Shown: positions 10,810-23,310 of the stretch, piece after piece | Numbering within the stretch: the stretch's first letter is position 1 | Layout of the letters: each line of letters begins with the position of its first letter | Origin: Alphaproteobacteria bacterium | GTDB taxonomy: Bacteria; Pseudomonadota; Alphaproteobacteria; UBA828 | NCBI GenBank assembly: GCA_963422645.2 | Contig: CAXXVO010000018.1 | Coordinates: 1 to 64,000, forward strand | Direction: 5' to 3' | Length of the DNA stretch: 64,000 bases | Program-made: the position numbers and the translations under genes | The notes under the pieces: model-generated | Told to the model about the DNA's origin: nothing | What the model saw: only the letters and a program-made list of their open reading frames with translations | Database searches by the model: none

Positions 10810-12968
10810 CCCAAGTTGGCACTTTTTCCGTTTGTTCGGGGCCGAATTGGCCAGGTTTTTCCGGCTGACACACCAGATATAGCGTTGACGAGAAGGGCAC
10901 GCCCCTACATTTGCGATTGCCGTCTCGAACTCCCTTTGTAGTGCCAGGGAATGGTGGGTTTGCAGGATTTCCCTTGACCCCACCACCAAAGCCGACATAT
11001 CTGAACCCGCCACGACCAAAACGTGCCGGGCGACATGTTCATCAGGGCAACCAAGACCCACACTACCGAAGGCAAGCCGGTCCGCAGCCATCGCCTCGTG
11101 CTCTCGCAGCGCATCGGCGACAAGGTCAGGCAGCGCACGCTTCTCAACCTCGGCACCGACTATCCGGTGCCGAAGGAGAAATGGCGCGAAGTTGCCGGAC
11201 TCGCCGAGGCGCTGCTCAACGGCCGCCCGCCGCTGCTCGAAGCCGCGCCGGACGTGCAGGCCGCAGCCGAGGACATCGTCGCCAAGCTCAGGGCCAGGGG
11301 GTTCCGCCCCGAGGCGATACAGGAAGAGGCGCGCAAGCCCGACATCGCCACCGTCGACCTCGATACCCTGGAGCACGAGAACCCGCGCACGGTCGGCTGC
11401 GAGCGCCTGTGCCTCAAGGCCCTCGACGACCTCGGCTTCGCCGACATCCTCCACGGCCTCGATATCAAGGGCCGCGACGGGCGCATCGCCAGCGCGCTGA
11501 TCGTCGCCAGGATGGTCCATCCCGCCAGCGAGCGTGACACCAGCCGCTGGCTGCGCCGCGACAGCGCGACCGCCGAGCTCCTGGGGCTGGAGGGCGACCG
11601 CAAGGCGCTGCGGCGCAAGACGCTCTACCGCATCGGCGACCTGCTCTGGCGCCACCGGGCCGCCATTCAGCGGGAGCTGTTCAACCGCGAGCGCGCGCTG
11701 CTCGACCTGCCCGAAACGATCGCCTTTTACGATCTCACCAATGTCCACTACCACGGCCACACCCACGGCCAGCTTCCCAGGTTCGGGCGCTCCAAGCAGA
11801 AGCGCGACGACTGTCCGCTGATCACGCTGGCGCTGGCGCTCGACGGCGCAGGCTTCCCGCGCAGTTGCGAGATCCTGCCGGGCAACGTGAGCGAGCCGGG
11901 CACGCTGGAGGACGCGCTGGTCAGGCTCGAGGCGGTGTGCGGCGGCACGGCGCCGAAGCCCACGGTGGTCATGGACGCGGGCATCGCCACCGAGGAGAAC
12001 GTCGCGTGGCTGGGCGAGCAGGGCTACGACTGGATCGCGGTCAGCCGCGGCGCCAGGCCGCCGCTGCCCGAGGGCGGGCCCGAGGCTCTGCTGATCACCA
12101 GCGCGCGGCACGAGGTGCGCGCCTGGCGGCTTGCCAGCGAGGACGGCGAGGCGCGGCTCTACGTCGTCAGCGAGGGCAAGAAGAAGGCCGAGAACGCGAT
12201 CATCGGCCTCAGGCGGAACCGCTTCGAGGCGGCGCTGGAAAGGCTCCATAGCGGCCTGCCGGTCAAGGGCCGCCTCAAGCGCTACGACAGGGTGCTGGAG
12301 AGCATTGGCCGTCTCAAGCAGCGCTTCTCCACCGTCGCCAGACACTACGAGGTCACGGTCGAGAAGGCGAAAACCGGCCCCAACGCCGCCGCCGTGCGCT
12401 TCAAGCGCAGGCCGCAATACGACGAGGCCGACGAGGGCGCCGGCGCCTATGTGCTGCGCACCAGCCACGTCGACTGGGATATCGAGACGATCCTGCGGAC
12501 CTACTGGCGCATCACCGACATCGAGGCCACCTTCCGCAGCCTGAAATCCGAGCTCGGCCTTCGCCCGATCTGGCACCAGCTCGACCGTCGCATCGCGGCC
12601 CACCTGCTGATCGCCGTGCTGGCCTATCACGCCGTGCATCTGATCCGTACCCGACTGGCCGCGCGGGGCATCCACAAGTGCTGGGCATCGATCCGCGAGG
12701 GCATGCGGACCTGGGTGCGGATCACCACGCGACTGCGCCAGACCGACGGCACCTTGATCGTCAACCGCCAGGACACGCGCCCGGCCGCCGAGGTCGCCCA
12801 AATCTCCTCGGCGGCGGGTGTTGACCCCGCCATCCACCGCACGAGGACCCGCCTGACGAGCTGACAGAATCTCACAAAATGTAGTGCCATGTTGGAATCG
12901 GCAGAGAAAAATATTGCGCCATATCAAAGCGATAAACGACAGCAGAACACAAAAAGTGCCAACCTGGG
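10810..12968 (+). mobile_element. IS1634-family insertion sequence
   Basis: Inverted repeats CCCAAGTTGGCACTTTTT / AAAAAGTGCCAACCTGGG; 4-bp CTTA duplication on both sides. Confidence 0.88.
11035..12864 (+). CDS. IS1634-family DDE transposase
   Basis: FYDLTN, GRSKQKRDD, VMDAGI, IEATFRSLKSELGLRPIWH. Confidence 0.88.
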   Translation: MFIRATKTHTTEGKPVRSHRLVLSQRIGDKVRQRTLLNLGTDYPVPKEKWREVAGLAEALLNGRPPLLEAAPDVQAAAEDIVAKLRARGFRPEAIQEEARKPDIATVDLDTLEHENPRTVGCERLCLKALDDLGFADILHGLDIKGRDGRIASALIVARMVHPASERDTSRWLRRDSATAELLGLEGDRKALRRKTLYRIGDLLWRHRAAIQRELFNRERALLDLPETIAFYDLTNVHYHGHTHGQLPRFGRSKQKRDDCPLITLALALDGAGFPRSCEILPGNVSEPGTLEDALVRLEAVCGGTAPKPTVVMDAGIATEENVAWLGEQGYDWIAVSRGARPPLPEGGPEALLITSARHEVRAWRLASEDGEARLYVVSEGKKKAENAIIGLRRNRFEAALERLHSGLPVKGRLKRYDRVLESIGRLKQRFSTVARHYEVTVEKAKTGPNAAAVRFKRRPQYDEADEGAGAYVLRTSHVDWDIETILRTYWRITDIEATFRSLKSELGLRPIWHQLDRRIAAHLLIAVLAYHAVHLIRTRLAARGIHKCWASIREGMRTWVRITTRLRQTDGTLIVNRQDTRPAAEVAQISSAAGVDPAIHRTRTRLTS

Positions 12969-13927
12969 CTTAGCTACGAGGTGTCTCGCAGTCACGCGCT
13001 GTGGCACGGGGACTTCCACCACGGCAAGCGCCGCGTGCTGACGGCGTCGGGCGAATGGCAGACGCCCATCCTGCTCGGCTTCCTCGACGACCACTCCAGG
13101 CTTGGCTGCCACCTGCAGTGGTACCTGGAGGAGACCGCCGAGGTCTTCGTCCACGGGCTCTGTCAGGCCTTCATGAAGAGGGACTTGCCCAGGTCCCTGC
13201 TGACCGACAACGGCGGGCCGATGACGGCGGGCGAGGTCGAGGAGGGCTTGCACCGCCTCGGCATCGTGGGGGCCACGACACTCGCTTACAGCCCCCATCA
13301 AAATGGAAAAATCGAGTCGTTCTGGGGCACGGTCGAGGGCCGCCTGATGGCTCAGCTCGAAGGCGTCGACGCGCTCACCCTGAAGATGCTCAACGACGCC
13401 ACCATAGCCTGGCTGGAGCAGGACTACCATCGGCGGGTGCACCGCGAGCTCGGCATGACGCCGCATGAACGCCTCGCCGGGAGCGTCAAGGCATCGAGGC
13501 CCTGCCCCGCCTCGGACGAGCTCAAGGCGGCCTTCCGCATCGCCAGGAAGCGCACGCTCAGGCGCTCGGACGGCACCGTCTCGGTCGAGGGCATCCGCTA
13601 CCAGGTGCCACAGCCGTGGCGCCACCTGAGGACGCTCTGGGTCCGCTATGCGCGCTGGGACCTCAGCGGCGTCGATCTGGTGGAAGGCCGAAGCGGCGAG
13701 CGGCTGTGCACGCTGTACCCCCTCGACAAGCGCGGCAACGCCGATGGCGTCCGCCGTCCTGCGAGACCCGGCAGCGACCATGGCGGCGCCAGCGCGGGCG
13801 TCGGCGAACTTCCGCCGCTGCTCAAGGGCGTGCTCGACGCCCAGGCCGCAACAGGCCTGCCGCCGGCCTGGGTACCCCATAACAAGACGCCCGGTCCGGG
13901 CGAGGACGACGATCAGGGAGATCCGTC

Positions 13928-14761
13928 ATGAACCGCGAGCTGCTCACCTTCTACGGGCTCAAATGGAACCCCTTCGCCACCGACCTTCCGGTCGACAGCC
14001 TCATGGTGAGCCCCGCCGTCGACAGCTTCTGCCTCAGAATCGAGCATCATCTTGTGCGCCAGGGCGGCTTCGCGTTGATCGCCGGCGAGCCCGGCACCGG
14101 AAAGAGCGTGGCGTTGCGCGTGCTCGCCGACCGCCTCGGCCGCTCGGACGGGCTCAGGGTCTGTGCCATCACCCACCCCTCTTCCAGGCTGTCCGACTTC
14201 TACCGCGAGATCGGCGGGATGTTCGGCGTCGACCTGATGTACAACAACCGCTGGGCCAGCTTCAAAAACCTGCGCGAGCGATGGCTCACCCATGTCGACG
14301 ACACCCGCATGCGGCCCGTGGTGCTCATCGACGAGGCCCAGGAGCTGCTGCCCTCGGTGATCTCCGAGATCCGCCTGCTGGCGTCCACCGACTTCGACTC
14401 GCGCGCCATCCTCTCGGTCGTCTTCGCCGGCGACAGCCGCCTGATCGACAGGCTCCGCCAGCCCGACTTGCAGCCCATCGCCTCGCGCCTGCGCCAGCGC
14501 CTGGTCATGACCCAGGCAGACGCCGGCGACCTCGCGGCCCTGCTCGACCATCTGGTCGAGCAGGCCGGCAATCCGGGCCTCATGAGCGCAGAGCTCAAGG
14601 ACACCCTGGTCACCCACGCCGGCGGCAACCCCAGGGCGCTTACCGTCATGGGCGACATGCTGCTCGCCGCCGGCGCCGAGAAGAACCGCGAGGTTCTCGA
14701 CGAGAAGCTCTTCATGGAGATCCTGGGCGAGCCCGCCAAGCCGAAGAGGGCACGGCGGTGA
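13928..14761 (+). CDS. ExeA-like AAA+ ATPase (transposition helper, MuB/TniB/IstB-like role)
   Basis: YGLKWNPF, Walker A GEPGTGKS, Walker B LIDEAQ, GGNPR; ATGA coupling to the integrase. Confidence 0.85.
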   Translation: MNRELLTFYGLKWNPFATDLPVDSLMVSPAVDSFCLRIEHHLVRQGGFALIAGEPGTGKSVALRVLADRLGRSDGLRVCAITHPSSRLSDFYREIGGMFGVDLMYNNRWASFKNLRERWLTHVDDTRMRPVVLIDEAQELLPSVISEIRLLASTDFDSRAILSVVFAGDSRLIDRLRQPDLQPIASRLRQRLVMTQADAGDLAALLDHLVEQAGNPGLMSAELKDTLVTHAGGNPRALTVMGDMLLAAGAEKNREVLDEKLFMEILGEPAKPKRARR

Positions 14762-15756
14762 AGGGCTTCCCGACACGGGCGCCGATGCAGCTCGAGGATC
14801 GCCCCCGGGCGCAACAGTGGATGGTGGACACGCTGTGGGCCGAGCAGGCCGTGGGCATCGTCGGCGGCGAGCCCAAGTGCGGCAAATCCCTGCTCGCGCT
14901 CGATCTCGCCGTCGCCGTGGCCACCGGCGTCCCATGCCTGCGCCACTACCGCCCCAGCGCAAGCGGCACCGTGCTGCTCTTCGCCGCCGAGGACGCCGGC
15001 CACAGGGTGCGCAAGCGTCTGCAGGGGATCGCCCGCGCCGCCGCCACCCCCTTCGACGAACTCGACATCGCCGTCATCGACGTGCCCACCCTGCGTCTCG
15101 ACCAGCGCATCGACCGTCAGCGCCTGCAGGAGACCGTGGAGCGCATCGAACCGCGCCTCCTGATCCTCGATCCCCTGGTCCGCCTGCACAGCGTCGACGA
15201 GAACGCCGTCGCAGAGATCGCCCCCATCCTCGGCTTCCTGCGCGAACTGCAGCGCCGCTTCGAAACCGCCGTCCTCCTCGTCCACCACGCCCGCAAGAGC
15301 GGCGGCACCCGGCCGGGGCAGGCCCTGCGCGGGAGCAGCGAGCTGCACGCTTGGGGTGACTCAAATCTGTACCTGCGCCGGCGCGACAAGAAGATCGTCA
15401 TGACGGTCGAGCAGCGCGACGCCCGGGGCCTCAACGACATCGAGCTGGAACTCGTCGACGGCGGACATGGGCCGGCCTTCCGTCTGCACCAGGACGCGGC
15501 AGATGAAGACAGGCACGAGCCCGCCACCGTCGAGCAGCGCGTCTTCAAGGCGATCGAGCAGGCCGAAAAGCCGCTCTCGAAAGCCCAGATCCGCTCACGC
15601 GCCGCTGCCCGCAACGCCACCGTCGTTGCCGCCATCGAGAGCCTCACCAGGGAGGGGCGCATCGAACGGGCGCCCAGGGGTGGCTATCGCCTCGCAGCCG
15701 CCGAGGCGCACCGGGAGCCGCAATCCCCTGCCGCCATCAACGGAAGTGCGGGATGA
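14758..15756 (+). CDS. RepA/AAA_25-type RecA-like helicase with C-terminal winged helix
   Basis: GEPKCGKS, AAED, LILDPL, LVHHARK, RGSS motifs; GTGA coupling to the ATPase. Confidence 0.8.
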   Translation: MKGFPTRAPMQLEDRPRAQQWMVDTLWAEQAVGIVGGEPKCGKSLLALDLAVAVATGVPCLRHYRPSASGTVLLFAAEDAGHRVRKRLQGIARAAATPFDELDIAVIDVPTLRLDQRIDRQRLQETVERIEPRLLILDPLVRLHSVDENAVAEIAPILGFLRELQRRFETAVLLVHHARKSGGTRPGQALRGSSELHAWGDSNLYLRRRDKKIVMTVEQRDARGLNDIELELVDGGHGPAFRLHQDAADEDRHEPATVEQRVFKAIEQAEKPLSKAQIRSRAAARNATVVAAIESLTREGRIERAPRGGYRLAAAEAHREPQSPAAINGSAG

Positions 15757-15757
15757 G

Positions 15758-15816
15758 GCGTTCCCGTTCCCGTTCCCGGAACTCTTAAGCGTTGAAGGGT
15801 ACAGGAACGGGAACGC
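15758..15816. repeat. Perfect 13-bp inverted repeat with (GTTCCC)x3; candidate replication origin
   Basis: GCGTTCCCGTTCC (15758-15770) and GGAACGGGAACGC (15804-15816) between the helicase and primase genes. Confidence 0.6.
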
Positions 15817-15858
15817 CGTCAGCCTCCCTTCCAAGCAGACCTTCGCCGGGACCCGGCA

Positions 15859-16728
15859 ATGAGCGGCGGCGATCCCCTGGCCACCTGCCGCAACATCCCC
15901 CTCGACCGGGTCGCCGCCGCCCTCGGCTACCGCAGAGACCCGACCGACCGGGCGCGCTTCAAGCGCGGGGGCTCGGTCATCAGCATCAACGGCGAGAAGT
16001 TCTTCGATCACCTGCGCGGCACGGGAGGGGGTGGCGCCATCGACCTCGTCATCCATGCGACGGGATGCCGCTTCCCGGAAGCCCTCCGCTTCCTCGGAAG
16101 CCATGAGGGGCGGAGGGAGATCACCACCATCCCAGCCGCCCCGCGACGCCTGCGGCTGCCAAGGCCCAGTCCCCGCGCCTGGCCCAGGGTCCGGGACGCC
16201 CTCATCCGCCAACGCGCTATCGGCACCGACGTGCTCGAAGCCTGCCACGGCCGAGGCCTCCTCTACGCCGATGACAGGATCAACGCCGTCTTCATCTGCC
16301 GAAACGCCAGCGGGCACACGACCGGCGCCGAGATCCTCGGCACCGCGCCGCAGCCCGGAACAAAACGCTTCAGGGGCATGGCCCCGGGATCGCGCAAGGC
16401 GCGTGGCGGCTTCTGGCTCCACTGCGACCGAAACCAGCCCGCCCTCGTCATCCTCACCGAGAGCGCCGTCGACGCCATCTCTGCACGAAGCCTGCGCGTC
16501 GAGGGGACGCGCGAGAACGGCGCCGTCGTCGCCTCAACCGCCGGCATCGCCAGCTCGGTCCCGCCCTGGATCAAGGAGTGGAAGCCACGTCGCATCGTCT
16601 GTGCCTACGACGCAGACAGCGCCGGCGACACTGCCGCCGAGCATCTCGTGCTCAACGATCCAAGGGTGAAAAGGTTGCGCCCACGACACGCCAAGGACTG
16701 GAACGAGATGCTCCTGCGGTCTCGATGA
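15859..16728 (+). CDS. Toprim-domain primase-like protein (DUF3991/Toprim type)
   Basis: GGGAIDLV N-terminal motif, LTESAVDAIS, AYDADSAG (DxD), KDWNE. Confidence 0.8.
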   Translation: MSGGDPLATCRNIPLDRVAAALGYRRDPTDRARFKRGGSVISINGEKFFDHLRGTGGGGAIDLVIHATGCRFPEALRFLGSHEGRREITTIPAAPRRLRLPRPSPRAWPRVRDALIRQRAIGTDVLEACHGRGLLYADDRINAVFICRNASGHTTGAEILGTAPQPGTKRFRGMAPGSRKARGGFWLHCDRNQPALVILTESAVDAISARSLRVEGTRENGAVVASTAGIASSVPPWIKEWKPRRIVCAYDADSAGDTAAEHLVLNDPRVKRLRPRHAKDWNEMLLRSR

Positions 16729-16828
16729 AAGCCAGGCCACTCACCGCTCTCGCAGATCAACCAAGCGCCGCATCACGAACATCAAATAATCCGAAAACCG
16801 CACCATCAAATGCTGGGCGCACGCTCAG

Positions 16829-17020
16829 TGGCAGGCCGGATCGTCGAACACGGCACAGGCGCTCTTCGCTGCTACGACCAACGGCTTGGGCTTGGGCGCC
16901 GGGCTCCTGATCGCGGGTCTGCTCTATGCCGCCTGGGGCGCCAATGCCTACTGGGTATGCGCCGCAGTCTCCGGCTTGGGCCTCATCGCGGTGCTGGCCA
17001 TGCGGACCGGCGCCCGATAG
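16829..17020 (+). pseudogene. C-terminal remnant of an MFS transporter, truncated by the transposon end
   Basis: Manual translation WQAGSSNTAQALFAATTNGLGLGAGLLIAGLLYAAWGANAYWVCAAVSGLGLIAVLAMRTGAR*, resembling the last two MFS helices. Confidence 0.6.
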
Positions 17021-17033
17021 GCACCGGATCGAA

Positions 17034-17219
17034 TCAGTGGTCGGCGCTGCCGGCCGCGCCCTCCTTCAGGACGAAGCGGCGATCGCAGTAGGGGCAGTCG
17101 ATGGCCCCCTTTGTTTCCAAGTTGAGGAACACGCGCGGATGGCCGAGCGCGCCGCCACCGCCGTTGCACGCGACGACCGTATCGTCGACCTCGATGATCT
17201 CGGGCGGGTCGATGGTCAA
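17034..17219 (-). CDS. zf-CHCC zinc-finger protein (complex I NDUFS6-like)
   Basis: VACNGGGGALGHPRVFLNL...CPYC; TTG start assumed. Confidence 0.85.
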   Translation of the reverse strand: MTIDPPEIIEVDDTVVACNGGGGALGHPRVFLNLETKGAIDCPYCDRRFVLKEGAAGSADH

Positions 17220-17437
17220 GGGACGTTCCTCATTGTCTCTGCATGGTCTGCGCCAGCATTTGACCCCGGCGGCGAGGCGATGATACCCATTGCCCGCCGC
17301 CATTCAACCGGACGCCGCCGCCTGCGGCGCCACTATCCGCACCGTTGCCATCCACACCGCAGCCTTCCGCGCCGTGGAGAGCCGAGCCTGAAGGGCATCG
17401 TCCTGCACCAGACACACGCCCACGACAGGCCCGCGCC

Positions 17438-18334
17438 ATGAGCAAGGCGGTGCCTTACGTCCGCGACCTCGAATTCACGTATGGCGAGGCAGCGCAGGTC
17501 TCGCCGCTCATACGCCGCGTCATCGCGCACAACCCCAGCGTCTTCACCTTCCACGGCACCGGCACCTACATCGTGGGCCGCGGAAATGTGGCAGTCATCG
17601 ACGCCGGGCCGGACCTTGCCGAGCATGTCGATGCCGTGCTCGCAGCCGTGCGCGGTGAGACCGTGACCCACCTCATCGTGACTCACACCCATATCGATCA
17701 CTCGCCTGCGACCCGCCACATCAAGGCTGCAACCGGTGCCGAGAGTTACGGCTTTGGCCCGCACGGAGGCGGGGAGGGGCCGGCGGTCGAGGAAGGCGCG
17801 GACCGCGACTTCGTACCGGATCATCGCGTCGAGGACGGAGCGGTGATCGAAGGCTGCGGCTGGACGCTGGAGGCTGTCCACACTCCCGGCCACACTTCCA
17901 ACCATCTCTGTTTCGCTCTAGCGGAGGAGCGGGCGCTCTTCTCGGGCGATCACGTGATGGGGTGGTCCACCACGGTGGTCTCGCCGCCGGATGGGGACAT
18001 GGGCGCTTACATGGCCTCGCTGGAGAAGCTGAAGGCGCGCAACGAGACAACTTACTGGCCCACGCATGGGCCGCCGATCGCGAAATCGCAACGTTTTGTC
18101 GGCAAGCTGCTTGGCCATCGGCGCCAACGGGAGGCGGAGATCCTGTCCGCCGTCGCGGACGGCGCAGCGACCATTCCAGAGATCGTGGCCCTGCGCTACC
18201 GGGGGCTCGACCCGCGCCTCCGCCCCGCCGCCGCCCGCACCGTGCTCGCCCACCTGATCCATCTGGTTGAGAGCGGGCGCGTCGCCTGCCCCGGCGAACC
18301 GGACGAAGACGCACGCTACCGCGCAGTCGCGTAG
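17438..18334 (+). CDS. MBL-fold metallo-hydrolase
   Basis: THTHIDH, HTPGH, SGDH, PTHG. Confidence 0.9.
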   Translation: MSKAVPYVRDLEFTYGEAAQVSPLIRRVIAHNPSVFTFHGTGTYIVGRGNVAVIDAGPDLAEHVDAVLAAVRGETVTHLIVTHTHIDHSPATRHIKAATGAESYGFGPHGGGEGPAVEEGADRDFVPDHRVEDGAVIEGCGWTLEAVHTPGHTSNHLCFALAEERALFSGDHVMGWSTTVVSPPDGDMGAYMASLEKLKARNETTYWPTHGPPIAKSQRFVGKLLGHRRQREAEILSAVADGAATIPEIVALRYRGLDPRLRPAAARTVLAHLIHLVESGRVACPGEPDEDARYRAVA

Positions 18335-18349
18335 CGGGAAGGCTGATCC

Positions 18350-19141
18350 TTAGCGGGCACGCCTCTTGGGCGGCGAATCGCGGAACTCCTTGACCTGAGC
18401 GCGCGCGGCGCCCTGGAGCAGCTTCACGTCCTGACCACAGACAACCAGATCGTAGCCACGTTCGAACGTCCATTTGACCGACTTGCCGGGGCGCGTGACC
18501 GTGGCCAGCAGCTTCCCCGTCGCCCGCATCTTGCGCTCCGCCTTCTGGATCAAGCGGATTACCGCCGGTTCCGTCATGTCCAGCATGTGACCGATGCTCG
18601 CCGAGATATCGCTCGGCCCCAAGAACAGCATGTCGACGCCGTCGACGGCCGCGATCTCTTCAATATTGTCGATCGCCTCCTCAGTCTCGATTTGGCAGGC
18701 GACAAGCAACTCCTGCGGCATTGCCGCGCGATAGTCCGCGATCCGCGAACCCCAGCCGGAGCAACGCGCGGCATGCGGCGCCACCCCGCGCACACCCTCC
18801 GTCGGAAAACGGCAGGCGGCGACCGCAGCCTCGGCCTCAGCGGCGTTCTGCACGTATGGCACGACGACGCCCATCACGCCGATGTCGAGGGCGCGCTTGA
18901 TGTAGACCATGTCGTTCCACGGCACGCGCATCATTGGAGTCGCGCCAGACGCGGCTGCTGCCTGCATCAGGCTGATGGCGTTGAGGAGGTCGCCGGGCCC
19001 GTGCTCGTGGTCCATGATGACCGTGTCGTAGCCGGCGTTGGCGACGACTTCGGCAGCGATGGGGCTGCCCATCGCGAGCCAGGCACCCAGTGCGGGCTCG
19101 CCCGCGAGCATTTTCCTCTTGCAGCGGTTCTCGACAGTCAT
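18350..19141 (-). CDS. HpcH/HpaI-family aldolase
   Basis: DHEHG, KRALDIG, QIET, FLGPSD. Confidence 0.9.
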   Translation of the reverse strand: MTVENRCKRKMLAGEPALGAWLAMGSPIAAEVVANAGYDTVIMDHEHGPGDLLNAISLMQAAAASGATPMMRVPWNDMVYIKRALDIGVMGVVVPYVQNAAEAEAAVAACRFPTEGVRGVAPHAARCSGWGSRIADYRAAMPQELLVACQIETEEAIDNIEEIAAVDGVDMLFLGPSDISASIGHMLDMTEPAVIRLIQKAERKMRATGKLLATVTRPGKSVKWTFERGYDLVVCGQDVKLLQGAARAQVKEFRDSPPKRRAR

Positions 19142-19264
19142 GCGCAGCGCCTCCCGGCTGTGTGACGATTTGGAAATGGGGGAAATCCATCGGCCCATGA
19201 CACATGGGCGATGGGCGCGGCCGCTTCTACCACGGCCCGCACGAGCGGGACAGGCGGCGCGAGA

Positions 19265-21715
<2,451 letters not shown>

Positions 21716-21817
21716 TGTTCCTCGTGCGCCTTAGGACTGCGCTTTAGAGCGGTGGCCGGCGCCACCGCTCTCACCTACGCAAGGTAAGTACTGAGTGGCG
21801 GCCGTTCAAGCGGCCTC

Positions 21818-23086
21818 TCAGGATGCCGACGAGCTCGCGTCCTCGAGTCGGTCGGAATAGATCAGGAGAGGCTGTGCCCGGCCCTCGACCACCTCGCGGT
21901 TGATCACGACTTCCTCGACCGAATCGTAGCTCGGCAGATCGAACATCGGATCGAGCAGGATGCCCTCGAGGATGGAGCGCAGGCCGCGGGCGCCGGTTTT
22001 CCGCGCGATGGCCCTGTGAGCGACCGCGCGCAGCGCGTCCTCCGTGAAGGCCAGCGTCACGCTCTCCATGTCGAAGAGCTTCTCGTACTGCTTCACGAGA
22101 GCGTTCTTCGGCTTGACCAGAATTTCTACCAGCGCGTCCGCTTCGAGATCGTCGAGGGTTGCAAGCACGGGTAGCCGGCCGACAAACTCGGGGATGAGCC
22201 CAAAGCCAAGCAGGTCCTCGGGCTCGACCTCGCGCAGGATCTCGCCCGTCTTGCGCTCGTCCGGCGAGCGCACGTCGGCACCGAAGCCGATCGCCATGCC
22301 GCGCCCGCGCTGGGAAATGATCTTCTCCAGGCCCGAAAAGGCGCCGCCGCAGATAAACAGGATATTGGTCGTGTCGACTTGCAGGAACTCCTGCTGCGGA
22401 TGCTTGCGCCCGCCTTGGGGCGGAACCGACGCCACGGTGCCTTCCATGATCTTGAGCAGCGCCTGCTGCACGCCCTCGCCGGAGACGTCCCGCGTGATGG
22501 ACGGGTTGTCCGACTTGCGGGCGATCTTGTCCACCTCGTCGAGGTAGACGATGCCGCGCTGTGCCCGCTCGACATTGTAGTCGGCCGATTGGAGCAGCTT
22601 CAGGATGATGTTCTCGACATCTTCGCCGACGTAGCCCGCCTCGGTCAGCGTGGTCGCATCGGCCATCGTGAAGGGCACGTCGAGAATGCGGGCCAGCGTC
22701 TGCGCAAGCAGGGTCTTGCCGCAGCCGGTCGGCCCGATGAGCAAGATGTTGGACTTGGCGAGTTCGACCTCGTTGCCCTTGCTGCCGTGGGCGAGGCGCT
22801 TGTAGTGATTGTGCACAGCGACGGAGAGCACGCGCTTGGCGTGGTCCTGTCCGATCACATAGTCGGCCAATACCTCGCAGATCTCGGAGGGAGTCGGTAC
22901 GCCGTCACGGCTCTTGACCCGCGCGCTCTTGTGCTCCTCGCGGATAATGTCCATGCAGAGCTCGACGCACTCGTCGCAGATGAACACAGTCGGCCCCGCG
23001 ATGAGCTTGCGCACCTCGTGCTGGCTCTTGCCGCAGAAAGAGCAGTACAGCGTGTTCTTCGAATCGCCGCCGCTGGACTTGTTCAT
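21818..23086 (-). CDS. clpX: Clp protease ATP-binding subunit
   Basis: CSFCGK zinc finger, [11 protein letters not shown] loop, RKHP. Confidence 0.98.
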   Translation of the reverse strand: MNKSSGGDSKNTLYCSFCGKSQHEVRKLIAGPTVFICDECVELCMDIIREEHKSARVKSRDGVPTPSEICEVLADYVIGQDHAKRVLSVAVHNHYKRLAHGSKGNEVELAKSNILLIGPTGCGKTLLAQTLARILDVPFTMADATTLTEAGYVGEDVENIILKLLQSADYNVERAQRGIVYLDEVDKIARKSDNPSITRDVSGEGVQQALLKIMEGTVASVPPQGGRKHPQQEFLQVDTTNILFICGGAFSGLEKIISQRGRGMAIGFGADVRSPDERKTGEILREVEPEDLLGFGLIPEFVGRLPVLATLDDLEADALVEILVKPKNALVKQYEKLFDMESVTLAFTEDALRAVAHRAIARKTGARGLRSILEGILLDPMFDLPSYDSVEEVVINREVVEGRAQPLLIYSDRLEDASSSAS

Positions 23087-23310
23087 GTCCGCTCCGTACC
23101 GTCGCTCGCCGGGACTTGCCCGCTCAATCCGTCCTTAGGCTCGCGACGCTCTTCTCCAGACAACCCGAACCCCGTGAGGTTGGCAAACACCCCGGCCCGT
23201 GTCTAGGCCGAACATGCGGTGATTTCCAGGCCCAACATCTAGTGTTTCTCGGCCCCGGCCTTGGGACAGGATGTACCACGCAGCGGCATGCTCCGGCTAA
23301 ACTGCCGCCT

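Larger units (their letters stand above)
10293..13931 (+). pseudogene. DDE integrase/Mu-type transposase interrupted by IS1634 (parts 10293-10809 and 12973-13931)
   Basis: Removing the IS and one CTTA restores EVLSYEVSRSHALWHGD; WHGD, LTDNG and NGKIESF catalytic motifs; RRSDGTVSVEG C-terminal domain. Confidence 0.85.
9476..16827 (+). mobile_element. Mu/IS21-like DDE transposon carrying a helicase-primase module
   Basis: Ends TGAGCGCGCGC (9476) and GCGCACGCTCA (16827), 10/11 inverted match; both flanking genes are truncated exactly at these ends. Confidence 0.75.

Noticed and set aside
10807-12927. Long antisense ORFs (706 aa here; also 37028-38557, 39657-41354, 62464-63993)
   Set aside because: Shadow frames of well-supported genes in high-GC DNA.
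13648-14757. N-terminal half of the 702-aa ORF
   Set aside because: Off-frame overlap with the integrase and ATPase; helicase similarity begins at GTG 14758.
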